DNA of 19,591 nucleotides from a virus (Duplodnaviria; Heunggongvirae; Uroviricota; Caudoviricetes): IMG/VR virus record IMGVR_UViG_2703718871_000002; one strand, 5' to 3'. Shown piece by piece: positions 16,553 to 19,591 of this stretch (position 1 is its first letter; each line of letters starts with the position of its first letter). The notes under the pieces were generated by a model. It saw only the letters and a program-made list of their open reading frames with translations, ran no database searches and was not told where the DNA came from. The position numbers and the translations under genes were made by a program.

Positions 16553-17119
16553 ATGATGCAGCAACGTAAACCCAAAAAATGCAAAGTGTGCGGCTCCTCG
16601 TTTGTGCCGTTCCGCTCATATCAGAAAGTTTGCTGCGGTCAGTGCGCACTGGAACTGGTCAGAAAAGAAAAGGCGATAGCTTCAGCAAAAGAGCAGGCAG
16701 ACAAACTTAAAGCGCGCAGGAGGGACTTACAGCCCCGCAGTTACTGGATTAAGCAGGCACAGCAGGCCGTGAATGCTTATATCAGGGAACGAGACCGTAA
16801 TTTGCCGTGCGTTTCATGCGGGACATTCGATTCTGCTCAGTGGGATGCAGGTCATTACCGTACAACAGCTGCGGCTCCCCAACTCAGATTTGATGAACGC
16901 AATATCCATAAGCAATGCGTGGTGTGTAACCAGTACAAAAGCGGAAATCTCGTTCCGTATCGCGTCGAACTGATTAACCGCATCGGGCAGGAAGCAGTAG
17001 ACGAAATCGAATCGAACCATAACCGCCATCGCTGGACTGTCGAAGAATGCAGGGCGATCAAGGCGAAGTATCAGCAGAAACTTAAAGACCTGCGAAACAG
17101 CAGAAGTGAGGCCGCATGA
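16553..17119 (+). CDS. ninG: NinG (Rap) recombination protein
   Basis: C-terminal two-thirds nearly colinear with lambda NinG ([73 protein letters not shown]...[34 protein letters not shown]). ATG 16553 chosen after a GAGG motif. Confidence 0.9.
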   Translation: MMQQRKPKKCKVCGSSFVPFRSYQKVCCGQCALELVRKEKAIASAKEQADKLKARRRDLQPRSYWIKQAQQAVNAYIRERDRNLPCVSCGTFDSAQWDAGHYRTTAAAPQLRFDERNIHKQCVVCNQYKSGNLVPYRVELINRIGQEAVDEIESNHNRHRWTVEECRAIKAKYQQKLKDLRNSRSEAA

Positions 17120-17310
17120 CGTTCACAGTAAAAACCATTCCTGACATGCTCGTTGAGGCATATGGAAATCAGACCGAGGTAGCCAGAATACTGAACTGTA
17201 GTCGCAACACGATCAGAAAATACACTGGCGATAAAGAAGGGAAAAGACACGCCATCGTCAACGGTGTTCTTATGGTTCATCGCGGATGGGGTAAAGATAC
17301 TGATGCGTGA
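17116..17310 (+). CDS. ninH: NinH
   Basis: 64 aa, [36 protein letters not shown]... resembling lambda NinH. ATGA overlap with ninG stop. Confidence 0.85.
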   Translation: MTFTVKTIPDMLVEAYGNQTEVARILNCSRNTIRKYTGDKEGKRHAIVNGVLMVHRGWGKDTDA

Positions 17311-17345
17311 TATTCAGCAGCTTCTGAATCGTCGGAAGGGGAAAA

Positions 17346-18176
17346 ATGAAACTTGAGTCATCTCTAAAACATTTTAGCCCCAGGGGGGCGCGCATTATCA
17401 ACGATGTGAAAGAAACTTCCCCGGAACGTCTCACTGGAACCGATGTTATGGCTGCCATTGGTACCACTAGTTGCAGGACCCGGTTCGGTCTGGCAGCCTT
17501 CTTTGGTAAAGCTGGGCTCAGTAAATCGGATGAACAGCTTGCAGTTCAGGTGCTGGCGAGATATGCGATGGATACTGCTCCAAAGAACGTAAGGAAGGCT
17601 GCCGGGAGTGAGTTTGGCTGGTGCATGTTGGTACTGGCACAATTCGCCTTTGCTGAATATTCCCGATCGGCTGCTACTAGTGTGGCATGCCCCAAATGTA
17701 GTGGTACTGGGCGAATGGAATGCGAGCAGCTTACACGTAAGGTTTCATACCCATGGGGTAAAGCACCATATTGGGCCAGTCGATCCCGCGCTGTTCGACC
17801 GTCAGACTGGGAGAAATGGACAGAGGTAACGGAAGTTGTACCAGTCGTTTGCGATGTATGTAAAGGGAAGGGAGTGATAAGTGCCAGGTGTCGTTGTGGT
17901 GGAAAGGGAGAGGTACTCGACCGCAAAGCCACAAGCGAGCGTGGTGCGCCTGTGTTTAAAATCTGCGAACGTTGCAGCGGAAATGGATTTTCTACGGTAC
18001 CGTCTACCGCAGCATATAAAGTTGTACTGAAGCGGATACCCGAACTACACGTCAGGACATGGACACGTAATTGGAAGCCGTTTCTTGATTCTCTGGTTGA
18101 CATTTGTCACCAGGAAGAGCGTAAGGCCGATATTGCTTTTCAGAATGTGACAAGTTTTGGTGATGATGTAAACTAA
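17346..18176 (+). CDS. Q: lambda-type late antiterminator Q, with an extra Cys-rich insertion
   Basis: 276 aa; colinear with lambda Q at both ends (M.LES...FSP...TGTDVMAA.G...FG.AAF.GK...YSRSAAT...C..C.GTGR ... AAY....IP.L..TW.R..KP..D.LV..CH.EE..AD), about 70 aa longer. GGAAGGGG 4 nt upstream. Confidence 0.9.
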   Translation: MKLESSLKHFSPRGARIINDVKETSPERLTGTDVMAAIGTTSCRTRFGLAAFFGKAGLSKSDEQLAVQVLARYAMDTAPKNVRKAAGSEFGWCMLVLAQFAFAEYSRSAATSVACPKCSGTGRMECEQLTRKVSYPWGKAPYWASRSRAVRPSDWEKWTEVTEVVPVVCDVCKGKGVISARCRCGGKGEVLDRKATSERGAPVFKICERCSGNGFSTVPSTAAYKVVLKRIPELHVRTWTRNWKPFLDSLVDICHQEERKADIAFQNVTSFGDDVN

Positions 18177-18201
18177 ACTTAGGCTTTTTGCGATATAGCA
18201 C

Positions 18202-18231
18202 TTGATTTTGTCCGAATCTGTCATGTATCAT
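18202..18231 (+). promoter_or_regulatory. possible late promoter pR' / qut region downstream of Q
   Basis: TTGATT (18202-18207), 18-bp spacer, TATCAT (18226-18231), placed 26-55 nt after the Q stop and about 45 nt before the first terminator. No recognisable similarity to lambda pR'. Confidence 0.2.
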
Positions 18232-18272
18232 TATTGATAATGCGGAATAACGCTTGGATGATTTTGACAAAA

Positions 18273-18297
18273 AGCCCCCTCAAGGGGGCTTTTTTAC
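18273..18297 (+). terminator. intrinsic terminator (tR'-like), first of three in tandem
   Basis: AGCCCCC-TCAA-GGGGGCT stem-loop followed by TTTTTT. Confidence 0.7.
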
Positions 18298-18437
18298 TTC
18301 AATTGGCTAAAAAAACTTTCGAAATCACGAAGCTCAATCTCGTTTGCTGTTGATGAGTATTTTATCAGCGAAAAAATAGTTTACGATCGTAAAAATCTGC
18401 ATATCATGATAAGAGTGGTTACATTGCCACGCAGCCG

Positions 18438-18462
18438 AACCCGCCGATGCGCGGGTTTTTTT
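18438..18462 (+). terminator. intrinsic terminator
   Basis: AACCCGC-CGATGC-GCGGGTT stem-loop followed by a 7-T run. Confidence 0.6.
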
Positions 18463-18642
18463 GTACCCAGAATCCTGTGAGCTATACGGAAAGTACACAG
18501 AAAGGAAGATGCGACCGTAATTAATAACAAAATCTTAAAAATCGCATGTGGCACTATTAGTTTTCTAAATATTGTATATTTTAAGTATTGCAGGATAACC
18601 CTGTAACGAAGTTTGCGTAACAGCATTTTGCTCTACGAGTTT

Positions 18643-18672
18643 GCCAGCCTCCCCCAGTGGCTGGCTTTTTTA
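18643..18672 (+). terminator. intrinsic terminator
   Basis: GCCAGCC-TCCCCCAGT-GGCTGGC followed by TTTTTTA. Confidence 0.65.
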
Positions 18673-18682
18673 TGTCCGTAGC

Positions 18683-18793
18683 GTCAAAGCAGCAATGGCG
18701 CTGGGGCGTCGTGCAATTGGCGTTGAGCTGGAGAGCGGGCGTTTTGAGCAGACGGTCAGGGAAGTTCAGAATTTAGTTAGTCAGAACGGATGA
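18683..18793 (+). pseudogene. 3' remnant of a DNA methyltransferase gene (about 35 codons)
   Basis: Frame ending at TGA 18791-18793 reads ...VKAAMALGRRAIGVELESGRFEQTVREVQNLVSQNG, typical of the C-terminal AdoMet motif block of beta-class DNA methyltransferases. Upstream in-frame sequence is terminator and AT-rich non-coding DNA. Confidence 0.35.
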
Positions 18794-18795
18794 TA

Positions 18796-18824
18796 TTGCA
18801 GAATTAGTTACGTACCGTTATTAT
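18796..18824 (+). promoter_or_regulatory. candidate promoter of the tRNA operon (TTGCAG, 17 bp, TATTAT, GC-rich discriminator)
   Basis: TTGCAG 18796-18801, TATTAT 18819-18824, then CCTGCGCC before the first tRNA at 18834. Confidence 0.4.
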
Positions 18825-18833
18825 CCTGCGCCC

Positions 18834-18909
18834 GGCCCTTTAGCTCAGTGGTGAGAGCGAGCGACTCATAATCGCCAGGTCGCTGGTTCAAATCCAGCAA
18901 GGGCCACCA
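18834..18909 (+). tRNA. ileZ: tRNA, anticodon CAU; very similar to E. coli tRNA-Ile2 (lysidine, reads AUA); Met not excluded
   Basis: Hand-folded cloverleaf: acceptor GGCCCTT/AAGGGCC, D-arm GCTC..GAGC, anticodon loop CTCATAA, T-arm GCTGG-TTCAAAT-CCAGC, encoded CCA. Symbol assigned by analogy to Stx-phage tRNA loci, from memory. Confidence 0.85.
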
Positions 18910-18918
18910 TATCAGATA

Positions 18919-18995
18919 TCGCCATTAGCTCATCGGGACAGAGCGCCAGCCTTCGAAGCTGGCTGCGCGGGGTTCAAGTCCCCGATGGCGGTCCA
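18919..18995 (+). tRNA. argN: tRNA-Arg, anticodon UCG (reads CGA/CGG)
   Basis: Hand-folded: acceptor TCGCCAT/ATGGCGG (U1-G72 wobble), D-arm GCTC..GAGC, anticodon stem CCAGC/GCTGG with loop CTTCGAA, T-arm CGGGG-TTCAAGT-CCCCG, discriminator U, CCA. Symbol by analogy, uncertain. Confidence 0.7.
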
Positions 18996-19008
18996 TTATC
19001 TGCATCAT

Positions 19009-19085
19009 GCGTTGTTAGCTCAGCCGGACAGAGCAATTGCCTTCTAAGCAATCGGTCACTGGTTCGAATCCAGTACAACGCGCCA
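19009..19085 (+). tRNA. argO: tRNA-Arg, anticodon UCU (reads AGA/AGG)
   Basis: Hand-folded: acceptor GCGTTGT/ACAACGC, anticodon stem ATTGC/GCAAT with loop CTTCTAA (same loop as E. coli argU), T-arm ACTGG-TTCGAAT-CCAGT, CCA. Symbol by analogy, uncertain. Confidence 0.85.
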
Positions 19086-19099
19086 CACTTATTTTCCCT

Positions 19100-19125
19100 G
19101 GCTCGCTTTTGCGGGCCTTTTTTTT
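19100..19125 (+). terminator. intrinsic terminator closing the tRNA operon
   Basis: GGCTCGC-TTTT-GCGGGCC (one G-U pair) followed by an 8-T run, 15 nt after the third tRNA. Confidence 0.7.
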
Positions 19126-19321
19126 AAATGTCTCACAATTCAGACGGTTGACAGTTGTCTGTTTTGCGGGGAGTTTGTTAAAAGAAACTGGCATGGTGAA
19201 TCCCCCTGTGCGGAGGGGCAATCAGCGAGTAGGTATATGGGATAATCGCGGATTCAGGTGCTGGTACTGAATTCACCGGGAGGCACCCGGCACCATGCAA
19301 TGGCACATAGCGCCACTCTCC

Positions 19322-19348
19322 AGCCCCTCTCCGGAGGGGCTTTCTTAT
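19322..19348 (+). terminator. terminator-like hairpin (8-bp GC stem, U-rich tail)
   Basis: AGCCCCTC-TCCG-GAGGGGCT followed by TTCTTAT. Confidence 0.4.
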
Positions 19349-19352
19349 GGAC

Positions 19353-19381
19353 AAAAAAAGCCCGCGCCGGGAGACGCGGGC
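19353..19381 (-). terminator. intrinsic terminator on the minus strand, convergent with the previous hairpin
   Basis: Minus-strand hairpin GCCCGCG-TCTCCCGG-CGCGGGC followed by a 7-U run (plus-strand A-run 19353-19359). Confidence 0.5.
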
Positions 19382-19591
19382 AGCAAGGAATAAACCAACA
19401 AAACGTGAAGTAATATTTCAGCTGGCGAATAATACCCGACAGTAATCACTCTGCGCAATAGCGCGGCCTTTTTCGTATTGCGGGCTGTAGTCTCCCTTCT
19501 GCCATTGTCCTGTAACTTCCGGACTTCAGCCCGTCCCTTATGTGACTCACAACATTATCCCTACCGGGAGGATTCATGGCATTTAAACACT

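Noticed and set aside
17546-18103. 185-aa minus-strand ORF inside Q
   Set aside because: Antisense to the well-supported Q gene; Ser/Thr/Arg-rich, low-complexity translation.
18381-18626. 81-aa minus-strand ORF in the AT-rich stretch after Q
   Set aside because: Low-complexity Leu/Ile/Arg-rich translation of AT-rich DNA spanning two plus-strand terminators; no RBS.
19015-19270. Track ORFs 19015..19221 (-) and 19037..19270 (+)
   Set aside because: Both overlap the third tRNA gene and its terminator; no RBS.
19086-19591. Shiga-toxin genes after the tRNA cluster
   Set aside because: Looked for because of the Stx-phage-like Q-tRNA arrangement; the sequence after the tRNAs has no long ORF and does not resemble an stxA start.
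1-19591. CRISPR arrays, insertion sequences, integrase/attachment sites, rRNA
   Set aside because: No spacer-repeat periodicity, transposase-like ORFs with terminal inverted repeats, or integrase seen; int/xis and att presumably lie left of the window.

Overview
This window looks like the central early/immunity region of a lambda-like (lambdoid) temperate prophage from an enterobacterium. All product calls rest on reading the supplied translations against remembered lambda/E. coli proteins and motifs; no database search was run. Layout: (1) a leftward pL-type operon on the minus strand (1-8434) with a Rha-like regulator, small unknown genes, a Gam-like protein, a RecT-core/Bet-tail annealing protein, lambda-type exonuclease (exo), several accessory genes including a PAPS-reductase-family enzyme, and an Ea22-like gene; (2) an immunity region with cI, OR-like operators and cro, where the rexAB slot downstream of cI is occupied by a putative PstI/BsuBI-like Type II restriction-modification pair; (3) a non-lambda replication module (SF2 helicase plus zinc-ribbon/Toprim primase), then ninG, ninH and a lambda-type Q antiterminator; (4) a late-promoter region with three tandem intrinsic terminators, a DNA-methyltransferase gene remnant and three tRNA genes (anticodons CAU, UCG, UCU), followed by structured non-coding DNA. 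No intact N-like antiterminator ORF and no toxin genes were found. Most gene starts are supported by Shine-Dalgarno motifs and start/stop overlaps.
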